Assembly (NCBI GenBank): GCA_964444125.1
Contig: CAYUFB010000001.1
Coordinates: forward strand, 26,053-90,052
Direction of reading: 5' to 3'
DNA: 64,000 nt
From: an uncultured Candidatus Saccharibacteria bacterium
Lineage (GTDB): Bacteria; Patescibacteriota; Dojkabacteria; B142; JAFGMG01
Part shown: in pieces, positions 48,301-61,347 of the stretch
How positions within the stretch are numbered: position 1 is the stretch's first letter
Layout: each line of letters begins with the position of its first letter
Translations under genes and position numbers: made by a program
The notes under the pieces: generated by a model
What the model was told of the DNA's origin: nothing
Databases searched by the model: none
What the model saw: the letters and a program-made list of their open reading frames with translations, nothing else

Positions 48301-48663
48301 ATGATCAAAGACGCAGAATATGTTGGCAAAAAAAATGAAAGTGTGTTGGATATCCCTCAGAAGTTTTTTAAATCTATGATCTTTTTGTCTCTACGTATAG
48401 TTTTTTCACCTCTTGCGGTATTACTTTTGGCATACTTGTATTACGAAGATACTAGGAAGGCATTTTTGCTAGCTTTATTGTTTTATACCGTACTGACAAT
48501 TTTTTCGATATTCCAATCACTAATGCAGATATTTATGTCTGTAGTGACATTTAATTTGTTCAAATTTGTTAGAAAAAGTTTGAAAGTTATTATTATGTTT
48601 GTTGCGTTATTCCTTTATTGGCTTGGATATACGTTGATGTGGGATGGCAATTTTCGACTTTGA
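48301..48663 (+). CDS. Hypothetical membrane protein
   Basis: 3-4 TMs. Confidence 0.75.
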   Translation: MIKDAEYVGKKNESVLDIPQKFFKSMIFLSLRIVFSPLAVLLLAYLYYEDTRKAFLLALLFYTVLTIFSIFQSLMQIFMSVVTFNLFKFVRKSLKVIIMFVALFLYWLGYTLMWDGNFRL

Positions 48664-48725
48664 TCTTTTAAAGAAATAAATTTTGTAGTAATATAAATTA
48701 TAATTTATTTTTTTACTTACATCTT

Positions 48726-49109
48726 ATGGCAGACAGCGTTCCAAAAAAAATTTTGCTTGTTGAGGATGAAGTAGATGCTAGAGAGATCTATATTGATATA
48801 CTTCAAAGTGAAGGATTATCGGTTGATGGTGTTGGCGATGGGACAGAAGCTTTAGAAGCTCTTTCTCAGGTCAAATACAACCTTGTCCTTTTAGACATCA
48901 TTATGCCCAAAATGGATGGTGTTGAGACGCTTGATCGTATCAAGAAAAGTCCAGAAAAATATGGAACTCCAAAGGTTGTTATGTTGTCGAATATTGGCGG
49001 GGACATCGCAATTGATAAGGCAATGGAATTAGGTGCTGATGGGTATATGTTGAAGTCAGAAACAGAGCCCGATGATTTTGTCTCAATAGTCAAAAAGTAC
49101 TTGGAATAA
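48726..49109 (+). CDS. Stand-alone response regulator receiver (CheY-like)
   Basis: LVEDE, LLDIIMPKMDG, GADGYMLK. Confidence 0.95.
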   Translation: MADSVPKKILLVEDEVDAREIYIDILQSEGLSVDGVGDGTEALEALSQVKYNLVLLDIIMPKMDGVETLDRIKKSPEKYGTPKVVMLSNIGGDIAIDKAMELGADGYMLKSETEPDDFVSIVKKYLE

Positions 49110-49125
49110 TTCTTTATAGCAATTT

Positions 49126-49512
49126 TTATTCTTGATTACTACTTTCTATAAGTAGGCACTTGTTGTTAATGACTACAGTGTCTTTTCCTTCATGAAGATC
49201 AAGGACTTGCTTGTCAAAGCTTCCCGGCTGATACCAAAATATCTTATATCCCATATTTAGTGCTTTATTGGTTATTTTTTTGCTTACTTCGGGTGGTACA
49301 ACAAAATTAAGAACATCAACTTTGGAAGGTAATTGATCGATAGTTTCAAACGCAAAGTCACCAAGAATTAATTCTTCTCTTGGGTTGATCGGAAATACTT
49401 TGTATCCTAATGATTTCATCTGTTTGTATATTTTGTATCCATATTTTTCTTCGCTGTTTGATGCGCCTATTATGGCATAAGATGTCTTTTTATCTAGCAA
49501 ATTATCCACCAT
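49126..49512 (-). CDS. CoA-binding protein (YccU-like)
   Basis: AIIGAS, PINP, WYQPG, CL. Confidence 0.9.
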   Translation of the reverse strand: MVDNLLDKKTSYAIIGASNSEEKYGYKIYKQMKSLGYKVFPINPREELILGDFAFETIDQLPSKVDVLNFVVPPEVSKKITNKALNMGYKIFWYQPGSFDKQVLDLHEGKDTVVINNKCLLIESSNQE

Positions 49513-49514
49513 TA

Positions 49515-50258
49515 TTAATATGTAACATTTAATTTGTATCTAGTTTTTAAAACTGATGCGACTTTCTCCAAATCTTTTCTATTTGCTTCTCTGGTTTTTC
49601 CTTCAAGTTTGTACTGTCCAAATAATTCAATCCATTTATATTTACCATACTCTTTGTAAGCTAATAATTCAACCAGGATGTTTGATTTAAGTTTTGATAA
49701 GAATTCTCCAAGCGCAACAATATTTTCTTTTCCATCAGTAATACCAGGAATGACAAGGAATCTAATTCGAAATTGTTGACTGCTATTTGTTAATAATTCA
49801 TCAAGAATAATTATATTTTCAAGTATTTTTTTGTTGCCAGGTCCCGTGAGATTTTTGTGAATAATATCGTCCATGTGTTTGATTGATACCATCCAGAGAT
49901 CGATGTATGGTAATAGTGTCTCAATAAATTTCGATGATGTGATCAAGCACGTATCAATTGCAATATTTACCCTTTCTTTTTTTATAATTTTTACAAATTC
50001 TAAAAGAAATTCTTCTTGAAATGTTGGTTCTCCACCACTAATTGTGATACCTCCAGTTTCTCCCCAGTAGGCCTTATTGGATAATACTTTTTTAGCAAGG
50101 TCTTTTGGAGAAAATTTCGTACCTTTTTGTTTAATTGTACAGTCGATATTATGACAAAATTGGCATTTGAGTGGACAACCCTGCATGAATATTACCGTTC
50201 GAAGTCCTGGCCCATCTAATGCTCCAAGCGTCTCTATTGAGTGTATGTATCCTTCCAT
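49515..50258 (-). CDS. pflA: Pyruvate formate-lyase activating enzyme
   Basis: DGPGLRTVIFMQGCPLKCQFCHN, SGGEP. Confidence 0.96.
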   Translation of the reverse strand: MEGYIHSIETLGALDGPGLRTVIFMQGCPLKCQFCHNIDCTIKQKGTKFSPKDLAKKVLSNKAYWGETGGITISGGEPTFQEEFLLEFVKIIKKERVNIAIDTCLITSSKFIETLLPYIDLWMVSIKHMDDIIHKNLTGPGNKKILENIIILDELLTNSSQQFRIRFLVIPGITDGKENIVALGEFLSKLKSNILVELLAYKEYGKYKWIELFGQYKLEGKTREANRKDLEKVASVLKTRYKLNVTY

Positions 50259-50266
50259 CTTGCCTA

Positions 50267-52516
<2,250 letters not shown>

Positions 52517-52683
52517 TTATTATTTATTAATATGACCTGGTATTTTAACAAAAAGACATTCCTTTCTCAAAAAGGAAAATTTTCAACATCTTTACAAAAA
52601 ATCCAAACTCATATATAACAGGTACTTGAAATTGATTGGCATTTGGTTTAGTTTATAATTATTACATTTTTCATTTATTTATC

Positions 52684-54807
52684 ATGTCAAATATAGATAA
52701 GTTATTTAATCCATCATCAATTGCTGTTGTTGGAGTATCAGCGGAACCGCAGAAGCTTGGATCGGTTGTCTTCTCAAATATAAAAGAATCGGGCTACACT
52801 GGCAGACTATTCCCCATAAACCCAAAGTATGATGAGCTATTTGGCAAAAAGTGTTATAAAAAAGTATCAGATATTCCTGAGAATCTAGATTTACTCGTTG
52901 TCGCAATCCCTGCACCATTTGTCAAAGACGTGATTATTGATGCAGGGAAGAAGAAAACAAAAGCTGCAATTATAATTACTGCTGGCTTTAGAGAAGTAGG
53001 AGAAGAAGGGTTGGCTTTAGAAAAAGAATTGAAGGAAGCAGCCAAAAAGGCTGGCATTAGACTTCTTGGACCAAATTGTCTAGGTATGATCAATCCTTCT
53101 GCAAAGATCAATGCATCATTTGCAGCGTCAAATCCAATTGATGGAAATATTGCATTTCTTTCTCAATCGGGAGCATTTTGCACAGCTATGCTTGATATGT
53201 CATTAGAAAAACAAGTTGGATTCTCACATTTTGTATCTCTTGGGAACAAGGCAGATATTAATGAAAATGACTTGATAGAATACTGGATAGACCAAAGTGA
53301 AGTTAAGGTTATAGGTGCATATTTAGAGGAGATAAAAAAGGGCCAAGAGTTGATTCATTTCATGCAAAAGCAAAAAACCAAAAAACCAGTCATTATCTTC
53401 AAGCCGGGTGAAACTCAGGAAGCCAAAAAGGCAATTAGTTCTCATACAGGTTCAATGGCAGGTTCGTCAGAGATTTTTAAAACGGCTATAAAGCAAAACG
53501 GATTTATCGAAGTCAATGAAGTAAATCAGATGTTTAATACTATGATGGGATTTTCCTGGTCACAGCTCCCTAAAGGCAATAGAATCGCTGTAGTTACAAA
53601 TGCAGGTGGTCCAGGTATCATCGCAACTGATGAAATAATTAAATCAGGCCTAAAGATGGCGGAGATATCAAGTAAATCTCAAGATGAAATGAAAAAGCAT
53701 CTTCCAGCCACAGCAAGTGTATCAAATCCAGTAGATGTGATCGGAGACGCTTTGGCTCAAAGATATAGTGCTCCAATAGATGTCCTAGCTGAAGATGAAA
53801 ACGTCGATGCTATATTAGTAATTTTGACTCCGCAGCTTGTTACACAAATTGAGGAAACGGCTAAGCTAATAATTAGTAGTTCGAAGGTGACAAGTAAGCC
53901 AATCTTTACTGTGTTTCTTGGAGGCAAGTATACTTCTTTCGGGCTTCAAAGATTGTATGACAATAAGATGCCTGCATTCAGCTATATCAAGGACGCTGTT
54001 GATGTTTTGTCATCGATGTATAAATATAATCAATACTTAGCTAAGGATACTAAACAAGTTGGTAGTCTGCAGATCATGAAACATGCGTACAGTGGGAAAC
54101 ATACCAAAGAGGTACAAAATTATGTAACTGATGAATCAAATGCATTGCCTGAAGAATTAGTGGTGAAACTTGCTCAGGAAGTTGGAATTGATTTGCCAAA
54201 ACAAATTCTAACTGGAGATTATAACCAAGCCGCTAGTTTTGCAGCTAATAAATATCCGGTAGTTATCAAAGCAACAACTGAGGCTATTGCGCATAAAACT
54301 GAAGAGAAGGCACTATACTTAAATATTCATGATCAAAAAACTCTAGAAAAGAACTTCAATGATCTATCAGAATCACTGAAAAAATATACAAGTGATATAA
54401 AAATTTTGGTTCAAGAACAGATAACGGCCAAGGAAGAGATGATAATTGGTGCAAACAGAGACGGCAAAAGTGATGTGTACAAAAAAGATACCCAAGGTTT
54501 TGGACATTTAATAATCTTTGGAAAAGGAGGAATATATACTGAGGTCTATAAAGATATACAAGGAGTTTTGGTTCCTGCAAGTAACGATGATATAAATGTT
54601 GCTTTTTATCAGACAAATATCTCAAAGATTATCGATGGGTTTAGGGGACTGCCTCCTTTGGCTAAATCAAAAGTACTTGAAACGATTTCTGCAATCCAAA
54701 ATCTTGTAGTTTTGTACCCTTCTATAGAGAGTATCGATCTAAATCCTGTTTTGGTTACAGAGTCAAGAGCTGTTGCAGTCGATCTTAAAATTTTTGTATC
54801 AAATTAA
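52684..54807 (+). CDS. Acetate--CoA ligase (ADP-forming), fused alpha/beta
   Basis: GPNCLG, SQSGA, SHTGSMAG, TNAGGPG, NPVD, HKTE, DLNP; no GNAT domain. Confidence 0.9.
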   Translation: MSNIDKLFNPSSIAVVGVSAEPQKLGSVVFSNIKESGYTGRLFPINPKYDELFGKKCYKKVSDIPENLDLLVVAIPAPFVKDVIIDAGKKKTKAAIIITAGFREVGEEGLALEKELKEAAKKAGIRLLGPNCLGMINPSAKINASFAASNPIDGNIAFLSQSGAFCTAMLDMSLEKQVGFSHFVSLGNKADINENDLIEYWIDQSEVKVIGAYLEEIKKGQELIHFMQKQKTKKPVIIFKPGETQEAKKAISSHTGSMAGSSEIFKTAIKQNGFIEVNEVNQMFNTMMGFSWSQLPKGNRIAVVTNAGGPGIIATDEIIKSGLKMAEISSKSQDEMKKHLPATASVSNPVDVIGDALAQRYSAPIDVLAEDENVDAILVILTPQLVTQIEETAKLIISSSKVTSKPIFTVFLGGKYTSFGLQRLYDNKMPAFSYIKDAVDVLSSMYKYNQYLAKDTKQVGSLQIMKHAYSGKHTKEVQNYVTDESNALPEELVVKLAQEVGIDLPKQILTGDYNQAASFAANKYPVVIKATTEAIAHKTEEKALYLNIHDQKTLEKNFNDLSESLKKYTSDIKILVQEQITAKEEMIIGANRDGKSDVYKKDTQGFGHLIIFGKGGIYTEVYKDIQGVLVPASNDDINVAFYQTNISKIIDGFRGLPPLAKSKVLETISAIQNLVVLYPSIESIDLNPVLVTESRAVAVDLKIFVSN

Positions 54808-54828
54808 TTTATTTTTTATTATTTAATT

Positions 54829-56091
54829 ATGAAAATTAAGTCCATAAAGGCTTATGAGATTCTTGCTTCTGGTGGATATCCAACAGTTGAAGCAAGTGTA
54901 GTACTAGATAGTGGTGTAGAAGGAAGATCTTCTGTGCCATATGGAGTATCTGCCGGTACTCATGAGGCAACTGTTTTAGTTGATGAGGACAAGTCAAGAT
55001 ACCATGGCAAAGGTGTATTGAATATTATCAATACTATTGAGAATGTAATAGCACCTGCTATTATTGATATGAATCCTGAAGATCAAAGAGCCATTGATCA
55101 AAAGATGATTGAGATGGATGGAACAGAAAATAAAGCGAAATTAGGAGGTAATGCTATTTTGGCAGTATCTTTGGCAGTTGCAAAGGCAGTTGCAGAAGAA
55201 AAGAAATTACCATTTTTTCAATACATCAGACAAACATTTGGTATAACTGAAAATTTCGCACAACTTCCAAACCCAATGGTTGTAGTCATCGAGGGTGGTA
55301 AACACGCTCATGAGACAACTGATCTTCAAGAATATTGTATTTCGGGATTAACTTCAGAAGGTCCTGCAGAAAACGTAAGGAAAGTCCTTGAGACTTATCA
55401 TGTATTGAAAGGTATATTAGCAGAGCAGGGTTTATCAACTAATGTTGGTAATGAAGGGGCTTTTGCACCAAATGGTATTAAGACAAATGAAGCTCCTCTT
55501 GAATTTATCCTAAATGCGATCAAAAAAGCTGGATATGAGCCGGGCAAAGATTTAGGTATATCAATAGATGCAGCAGCTAGTGAGTTTTTTGAGGATGGTA
55601 AGTATAATTTGTCTATTGAGCAAAAATCTCTATCATCTATGGAATTGATCGAGTACTACACTCCATGGTTCGAAAAATATCCAATTGTGACAATAGAGGA
55701 TATGCTTGATGAAGATGACTGGGATAACTGGGTGAAGATGACAGAAGTGTCAGATAAATATGGTATTCCAAATATCGGAGATGATTTGACAGTTACAAAT
55801 ATTAATAGACTTCAAAAAGCAATTGATATGAAGGCTATAAGTGCGATTCTTATCAAGCTTAATCAAATCGGATCCTTGACTGAAACTGTAGACACTTGTC
55901 TTCTTGCCAATAAGCACGGACTTATGACAACTACATCTCATAGAGGTGGTGGAGAAACAAATGATACTGCCATGGTCGATGTCGCTGTCGCAGTTGGTTC
56001 AAGATTTATCAAAGTAGGACCAACAAGAGGTGAGAGAGTAAGTAAATACAATAGATTGATGGAAATCGAAAGGATTCTAAAAAATCAATAG
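54829..56091 (+). CDS. eno: Enolase (divergent)
   Basis: KLGGNAILAVS, GDDL.VTN, LIKLNQIG, SHR, ERVSKYN. Confidence 0.95.
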   Translation: MKIKSIKAYEILASGGYPTVEASVVLDSGVEGRSSVPYGVSAGTHEATVLVDEDKSRYHGKGVLNIINTIENVIAPAIIDMNPEDQRAIDQKMIEMDGTENKAKLGGNAILAVSLAVAKAVAEEKKLPFFQYIRQTFGITENFAQLPNPMVVVIEGGKHAHETTDLQEYCISGLTSEGPAENVRKVLETYHVLKGILAEQGLSTNVGNEGAFAPNGIKTNEAPLEFILNAIKKAGYEPGKDLGISIDAAASEFFEDGKYNLSIEQKSLSSMELIEYYTPWFEKYPIVTIEDMLDEDDWDNWVKMTEVSDKYGIPNIGDDLTVTNINRLQKAIDMKAISAILIKLNQIGSLTETVDTCLLANKHGLMTTTSHRGGGETNDTAMVDVAVAVGSRFIKVGPTRGERVSKYNRLMEIERILKNQ

Positions 56092-56105
56092 CATCTGATA
56101 TAATC

Positions 56106-56146
56106 AAAGAGCTTGGGCACTATTATTTAATCCAGGCTCTTTTTTT
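56106..56146 (+). terminator. Intrinsic terminator-like hairpin after eno
   Basis: agagcttgg...ccaggctct followed by a T tract. Confidence 0.65.
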
Positions 56147-56147
56147 A

Positions 56148-56690
56148 TTGATGATGTTTTCAAAAGACACACAATCAAGTAATGAGGCTTCAGTCAATTT
56201 TGAATTGTTAGTTAGATCTACGAGCGAGGTTTTTGTTCAGTTCATTGGCATGATGAATCTACTTTCAAGAGACCCAATTTACAATCAGGAAGAGGATAAT
56301 ATCTCGATAGTTGATGCTTTATTTGGGCAAATGCATCTAGATAAATATAAAGATATCGAACCAGTAAAAGAGCATTTTATACAAGCAATATCTGCTGGGA
56401 TAGCTTTAAATCCAGAAATTATTGTTACAGGAAATATCGGTAGGGTTGTAGATGCGTTAACAATATTTATGGATCATATCAATTTATTCAGACTGAACGC
56501 TGGAGAAGAATTCCGTCTACTATTTTTGAATGCACTATCTTCTCAAGTAGTATTGTCTTTGTTACCGAATGAGCCATTTGCAGAAACACGAGACGATTCT
56601 TTTATTTATAGGGTAAGGAATGATATGTATAAGTTTTTTGATGAAATATCAAATGTAAAAATGTGTGATGTTGGATATATGAACAACTAA
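56148..56690 (+). CDS. Hypothetical protein
   Basis: 180 aa ORF, no recognised motif; start uncertain. Confidence 0.6.
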   Translation: MMMFSKDTQSSNEASVNFELLVRSTSEVFVQFIGMMNLLSRDPIYNQEEDNISIVDALFGQMHLDKYKDIEPVKEHFIQAISAGIALNPEIIVTGNIGRVVDALTIFMDHINLFRLNAGEEFRLLFLNALSSQVVLSLLPNEPFAETRDDSFIYRVRNDMYKFFDEISNVKMCDVGYMNN

Positions 56691-56721
56691 ATGATAAACT
56701 TATAAATCTTATAAAATTTTT

Positions 56722-57666
56722 ATGCCAAAACAATATTACATAAATCAACTGGAAAAAGGTCTTGCTATTAGTGATGAGCCTTTTGGAATTGGAGCAATCA
56801 AGAAAGGTACGGATAGAAACAATAATCCATATTTAGATTTAGAATTGGTCGATAGAACTGGAATGATCAAGGCCAAAATTTGGTCAGATAATCTAGAGAG
56901 GATTCCTTCGAAGCTACTTCAAGAAGGGACAATAGTAAAAGTCTCGGGTCTTGTAGGTGAATTCAATGGCAATCTGCAGATGACGATAAATGGACTATCG
57001 AAGTACGAAGAGAAAGATCTGTCAGACTTCCTTCCTGTGACAAAAGCATCAATTGATGACATGTGGAAGAAAATGACTACGCGAGTAGAAAATATGAACG
57101 ATCAGAAATATAAAACACTACTACAGAAGCTCTTCGCATTGCATGAAGAAAAGATTCGACTTGCACCAGCGGCAAAAAATATACATCACAATTATGTTGG
57201 AGGATTACTAGAGCATGTAACAGAGATGATGGATATAGCTGAAACTGTCATGAAATTATATCCAGAAGCTGATCCTGATCTGGTGTTTACTGGCATTATT
57301 TTCCATGATATTGGCAAGATTTATGAGTTAGAAATTGAAGGTTTTGTGATTGATTATTCCAAGGTAGGCAAAATGATAGGTCATATAGCACTTGGCATAC
57401 GGATGCTTGATCAGCTAGACAAAGACATACTCGAAGAGGAGCAAAGAATGCTTCTTGAGCATATTATTCTTTCGCATCATTCGATTCTTGAATATGGCTC
57501 ACCTGTTGTCCCAAAGACAATAGAGGCAATGATAGTGGCCAAAGTTGATGATTTGTCTTCCAAGGTTAGAACCGTTCAAAAAGTACTATCTGATAATGCG
57601 GAAAATGACAAAGCCTTCTCAGCAAGAGAGTATGCGATTGGTTCTGAAGTTTATCTTGGGAAGTAA
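56722..57666 (+). CDS. yhaM: YhaM/Cbf1-like 3'-5' exoribonuclease (OB plus HD)
   Basis: DRTG..AKIW, PAA..HH...GGLLEH, HDIGK, HIILSHH..EYGSP. Confidence 0.9.
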   Translation: MPKQYYINQLEKGLAISDEPFGIGAIKKGTDRNNNPYLDLELVDRTGMIKAKIWSDNLERIPSKLLQEGTIVKVSGLVGEFNGNLQMTINGLSKYEEKDLSDFLPVTKASIDDMWKKMTTRVENMNDQKYKTLLQKLFALHEEKIRLAPAAKNIHHNYVGGLLEHVTEMMDIAETVMKLYPEADPDLVFTGIIFHDIGKIYELEIEGFVIDYSKVGKMIGHIALGIRMLDQLDKDILEEEQRMLLEHIILSHHSILEYGSPVVPKTIEAMIVAKVDDLSSKVRTVQKVLSDNAENDKAFSAREYAIGSEVYLGK

Positions 57667-57739
57667 TTTGCATTGATAGCTTAGAGTTTTGGATAGATTC
57701 TAATCTTGAATCAATTCTATTTTGTGCTAGAATGTTTAG

Positions 57740-58672
57740 GTGAAAAATATTATTCTTCAAGTCAAAAATTTAGAAAAGGAATACTCTGGGTTCAAGGCAG
57801 TAAACGGAGTCTCTTTTGATGTATATCAAGGAGAAATACTTGGCATACTTGGTCCAAATGGCGCTGGTAAAACTACAACATTAGAAATGATTGAAGGCTT
57901 GAGGACAATTACTGGAGGAGAGGTCAGGCTATATGACAAGAAAATCACTGCAAGAAATTTAAAAAATCACCTGCATCAGAAAATCGGTATTCAATTACAA
58001 TCCAGTTCCTATTTTGACTTATTAACTCTAAAAGAGATATTAGATCTTTTTGGTACCTTTTACGAAAAACGTCTTGATTCACTTGAACTACTGAAAATGG
58101 TCGAATTAGAATCCAAGAAGGACAGCTTGGTCAAGAACTTATCAGGTGGTCAGGCACAAAGATTTTCTATCATTGCTGCGATGGTTAATGATCCTGATTT
58201 GATATTTCTTGATGAACCAACAACAGGACTTGATCCACAGATTAGAAGATCGATTTGGGAGTTAGTTAGAAAAATCAATAAGCAGGGCAAAACTGTTATT
58301 ATGACAACTCATTATATGGAAGAGGCAGAAGAATTGTGCGATAGAATTGCTGTAATGGACCAAGGTAAAATTATTGCATTTGATAGTCCACAAGGACTAA
58401 TCGAAAACGAAAAACTCAAATTTACTATCAAGTTTGTGACAACAGATTTGATGAGTGATAAGCAAAGAGCTGAATTTGAAAAACATCCTTTGGTTGTCAA
58501 GTTTTGGGAAGAAGCACATAAATATGTCTTCAGGATTGAAGATCCAACCAAAATCAACGATATTCTAAATTGGCTTGAATCAAAGAAATTGAAATTTAAG
58601 AACTTAGAGATATTGCCTCCAAATTTGGAAGACGTATTTTTGAAACTTACTGGCAAAAATTTAAGAGAATAA
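57740..58672 (+). CDS. ABC exporter ATP-binding protein
   Basis: GPNGAGKTT, LSGGQ, LDEPTTGLD. Confidence 0.97.
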   Translation: MKNIILQVKNLEKEYSGFKAVNGVSFDVYQGEILGILGPNGAGKTTTLEMIEGLRTITGGEVRLYDKKITARNLKNHLHQKIGIQLQSSSYFDLLTLKEILDLFGTFYEKRLDSLELLKMVELESKKDSLVKNLSGGQAQRFSIIAAMVNDPDLIFLDEPTTGLDPQIRRSIWELVRKINKQGKTVIMTTHYMEEAEELCDRIAVMDQGKIIAFDSPQGLIENEKLKFTIKFVTTDLMSDKQRAEFEKHPLVVKFWEEAHKYVFRIEDPTKINDILNWLESKKLKFKNLEILPPNLEDVFLKLTGKNLRE

Positions 58673-58675
58673 ATA

Positions 58676-59812
58676 ATGAATATATTATTGATATCGACAA
58701 TCAAGCAGTTTTATAGAGACAAGGAGGCGTTGTTTTGGTCGTTGATTTTTCCTGCGATATTCATTGTCATATTTAGTTTTTTTTCTTTTGGTGATGGCAT
58801 TGATGCAAGGATTTTGATAGTTGATCGATCAAATGGACAAGCTAATCAATTAGTAGATATCATTCAAAATCAGGTGGGGGCAGGTATTCACAACTATGAC
58901 GGTGACATCCAAGAAGCAAAGGAATCACTGACGAATAGTCGGAAATTTGAGTTCGAATATTTTGATAAAGACAAAAATGAGAAATACACCAAAGAATCAA
59001 GGGTTAATTTGATAATGTCTATTTCAGAATTGGATGCAAATGGTAGATATAATATCGAACTATTCTATGATGAATCACAAGAAGGTCAGGCAAGCCCAAG
59101 CTTGATACTGATCAATGCTCTAAATACCATTGAAACACAGAAGATGCTTGCTTCTAACAATTTAGAGTTGCCATTTGATTTGACTAGAACTGGTGTCTCA
59201 GTCAATGAAATTAGATATTTTGATGTCTTAGTGCCTGGTATTATTGGTATGTCTCTTATGCAATCAGGTATTATCGGAATCGCTTCAGGAGTCACCTCTT
59301 TGAAAGAAAAAAGAGTACTTAAGAGGCTTGCGGCAACTCCACTTCCAATTTGGAGATTTTTGTTGGCAAATATTTTCACACATTTAGTTCTTTCTGTAGT
59401 ACAAGTAACTATCATGCTTGTGCTTGCTCATTATTTATTGGGTGCAAATATTTACGGAAGTATTCCACTTATCTATTTTGTTTGTTTCATTGGTAATTTT
59501 GTATTTTTGAGTATTGGCTTTATAGCAGCTGGTTTATCAAAAACGAGCAAGGCAGCTGAAGGATTATCTCAGGTATTTACTACACCAATGATGTTTCTCT
59601 CTGGTGTGTTTTTTGAGAGAGATGGACTTCCTGGTTTGGTCAAGGTCGTTTCCGACTTTCTGCCCCTATCTCCATTATTGGATGCTTTAAGGGCAATTTC
59701 TCTCCAGAATGCTGGATTGCTTGATATAAAGAATGAATTATTTGTAATATTAATTTGGACAGTCATCACAACAATTATTGCAACAAGGATATTTAAATTT
59801 AAGGAAGAATAA
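58676..59812 (+). CDS. ABC-2 type permease
   Basis: 6 TMs, LVPG, EKRVLKRL, FLSGVFF. Confidence 0.95.
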   Translation: MNILLISTIKQFYRDKEALFWSLIFPAIFIVIFSFFSFGDGIDARILIVDRSNGQANQLVDIIQNQVGAGIHNYDGDIQEAKESLTNSRKFEFEYFDKDKNEKYTKESRVNLIMSISELDANGRYNIELFYDESQEGQASPSLILINALNTIETQKMLASNNLELPFDLTRTGVSVNEIRYFDVLVPGIIGMSLMQSGIIGIASGVTSLKEKRVLKRLAATPLPIWRFLLANIFTHLVLSVVQVTIMLVLAHYLLGANIYGSIPLIYFVCFIGNFVFLSIGFIAAGLSKTSKAAEGLSQVFTTPMMFLSGVFFERDGLPGLVKVVSDFLPLSPLLDALRAISLQNAGLLDIKNELFVILIWTVITTIIATRIFKFKEE

Positions 59813-59820
59813 CTGTTCTT

Positions 59821-61272
59821 ATGCCAAATATCACAGATGCACTCAAGATGGCAAAGATAGCAGAAATTGATGCTAAATTTTTTGGCCAAAGTGAACTTGA
59901 GATGGTAACTAATGCGGGCAAAGCTATAGCTTCAGAGATCCTTGATATTCTTGATAACTTCATCCAAAAAGATAAACTAACCAAAGTTTCATTTGTTATT
60001 GGGAGTGGCAATAATGGGGCTGATGCATTATCTTGTCTCAATCATCTAATAGGCAAGAATATTGAAAATGTTGAATATCATGTCTATGTGATTGGTAGGC
60101 ATCAGGATTTTAAAACAAAGGAGATTATCCATCAATATGATCTTCTTAAGGAATTGATCAAAAATAATAAAGGATCAAAGGTTGTGATCAATCACGATGC
60201 TTATGCAGAAAATATGATCTCTTGCGATATTCTCATTGAAGGCTTGATTGGGTCCGGATATAGAGGGAAATTACGAAAGAGGTACAAAGATGTGGTAAAC
60301 AAAATAGCTAGATTAAAAGCTTATAAGGTGGCTATTGATTCTCCGGTGCCTGGATATAGACCTGATGTCACGCTGTCTTTGATAACAAAAAAAAGAGCAG
60401 ATGCCAAGCTAATTGATATTTCACTTCCAAAAGAGGTTGGGAGTTTCGTAGGGCCTGGTGTGATTAGTTTCCTTAACGTCCCAGAAAAAGATGCTTACAA
60501 ATCCAAGACTGGAGAATTATTGATAATAGGGGGCTCGGATCTATTTCATGGTGCACCTATTATGGCACTCAAGGCGGCTTCTAAATTTATTGGCGGCGTA
60601 TTTTTCTATACTCATCCAGAAAATCGCGAGTTGGTTACTAGTCTTAAACTTGGGCTTGAGGAATTCATATTATTAACTAATGATCAGGTAGAGAAATATT
60701 CAAATTATGCAGATGTGATTCTTGCTGGTCCGGGCCTTCGGGAGGATTTAGTAAATCAAGCGGTACTTACTGAATTGTTGAATCGCTACCCTGACAAAGT
60801 ATTTGTTCTTGATGCTTACGCTATTGCTATGGCCAATCCCGTCAATAATCCAAGAAATATCAGAGGATACAATAATTGCATTTTGACTCCGCATAGAGGT
60901 GAATTAAGGCATATTTTTGGGAAAAATGAAACTGATGGCCTTGAAGGAAAACTGAAACGATTTTGTGTGGAAAACAAATGTATGTTGGTCTTAAAAGGTT
61001 CAACGGATCTGTTATTTAATGATAAAGGCGAACTCAAAATGAATATGACTGGCAATCAAGGAATGGCAAAAGGTGGTACGGGAGACGTGATGGCGGGGAT
61101 GATTGGTGCACTTGCATGCAAAAACGATCCTTGGGAAGCTTTGCAGGCGGGAGTTTTCTTATCAGGACTTGCTGGTGATATTGCAAAGGCTAAGTATGGA
61201 TATAATTTCAGCGCAACTGACGAAATCCCTTTGCTCCAGGAAGCATACAAAAGAGCACTAGATTACAAATAA
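59821..61272 (+). CDS. nnr: Bifunctional NAD(P)HX epimerase/dehydratase
   Basis: GSGNNGAD; GPGL, LTPHRGE, GMAKGGTGD. Confidence 0.9.
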   Translation: MPNITDALKMAKIAEIDAKFFGQSELEMVTNAGKAIASEILDILDNFIQKDKLTKVSFVIGSGNNGADALSCLNHLIGKNIENVEYHVYVIGRHQDFKTKEIIHQYDLLKELIKNNKGSKVVINHDAYAENMISCDILIEGLIGSGYRGKLRKRYKDVVNKIARLKAYKVAIDSPVPGYRPDVTLSLITKKRADAKLIDISLPKEVGSFVGPGVISFLNVPEKDAYKSKTGELLIIGGSDLFHGAPIMALKAASKFIGGVFFYTHPENRELVTSLKLGLEEFILLTNDQVEKYSNYADVILAGPGLREDLVNQAVLTELLNRYPDKVFVLDAYAIAMANPVNNPRNIRGYNNCILTPHRGELRHIFGKNETDGLEGKLKRFCVENKCMLVLKGSTDLLFNDKGELKMNMTGNQGMAKGGTGDVMAGMIGALACKNDPWEALQAGVFLSGLAGDIAKAKYGYNFSATDEIPLLQEAYKRALDYK

Positions 61273-61347
61273 TTTTTCACATCTTTTGTTATCCTCGTTA
61301 TTTATTATATAATCAGCCAATTGATCTATTGTTTATAACTATTAAAC

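Noticed and set aside
52517-52683. ZMP/ZTP (pfl) riboswitch upstream of pflB
   Set aside because: Conserved GACUGGCG and CGCCUGGG elements are absent; the region is AT-rich promoter DNA
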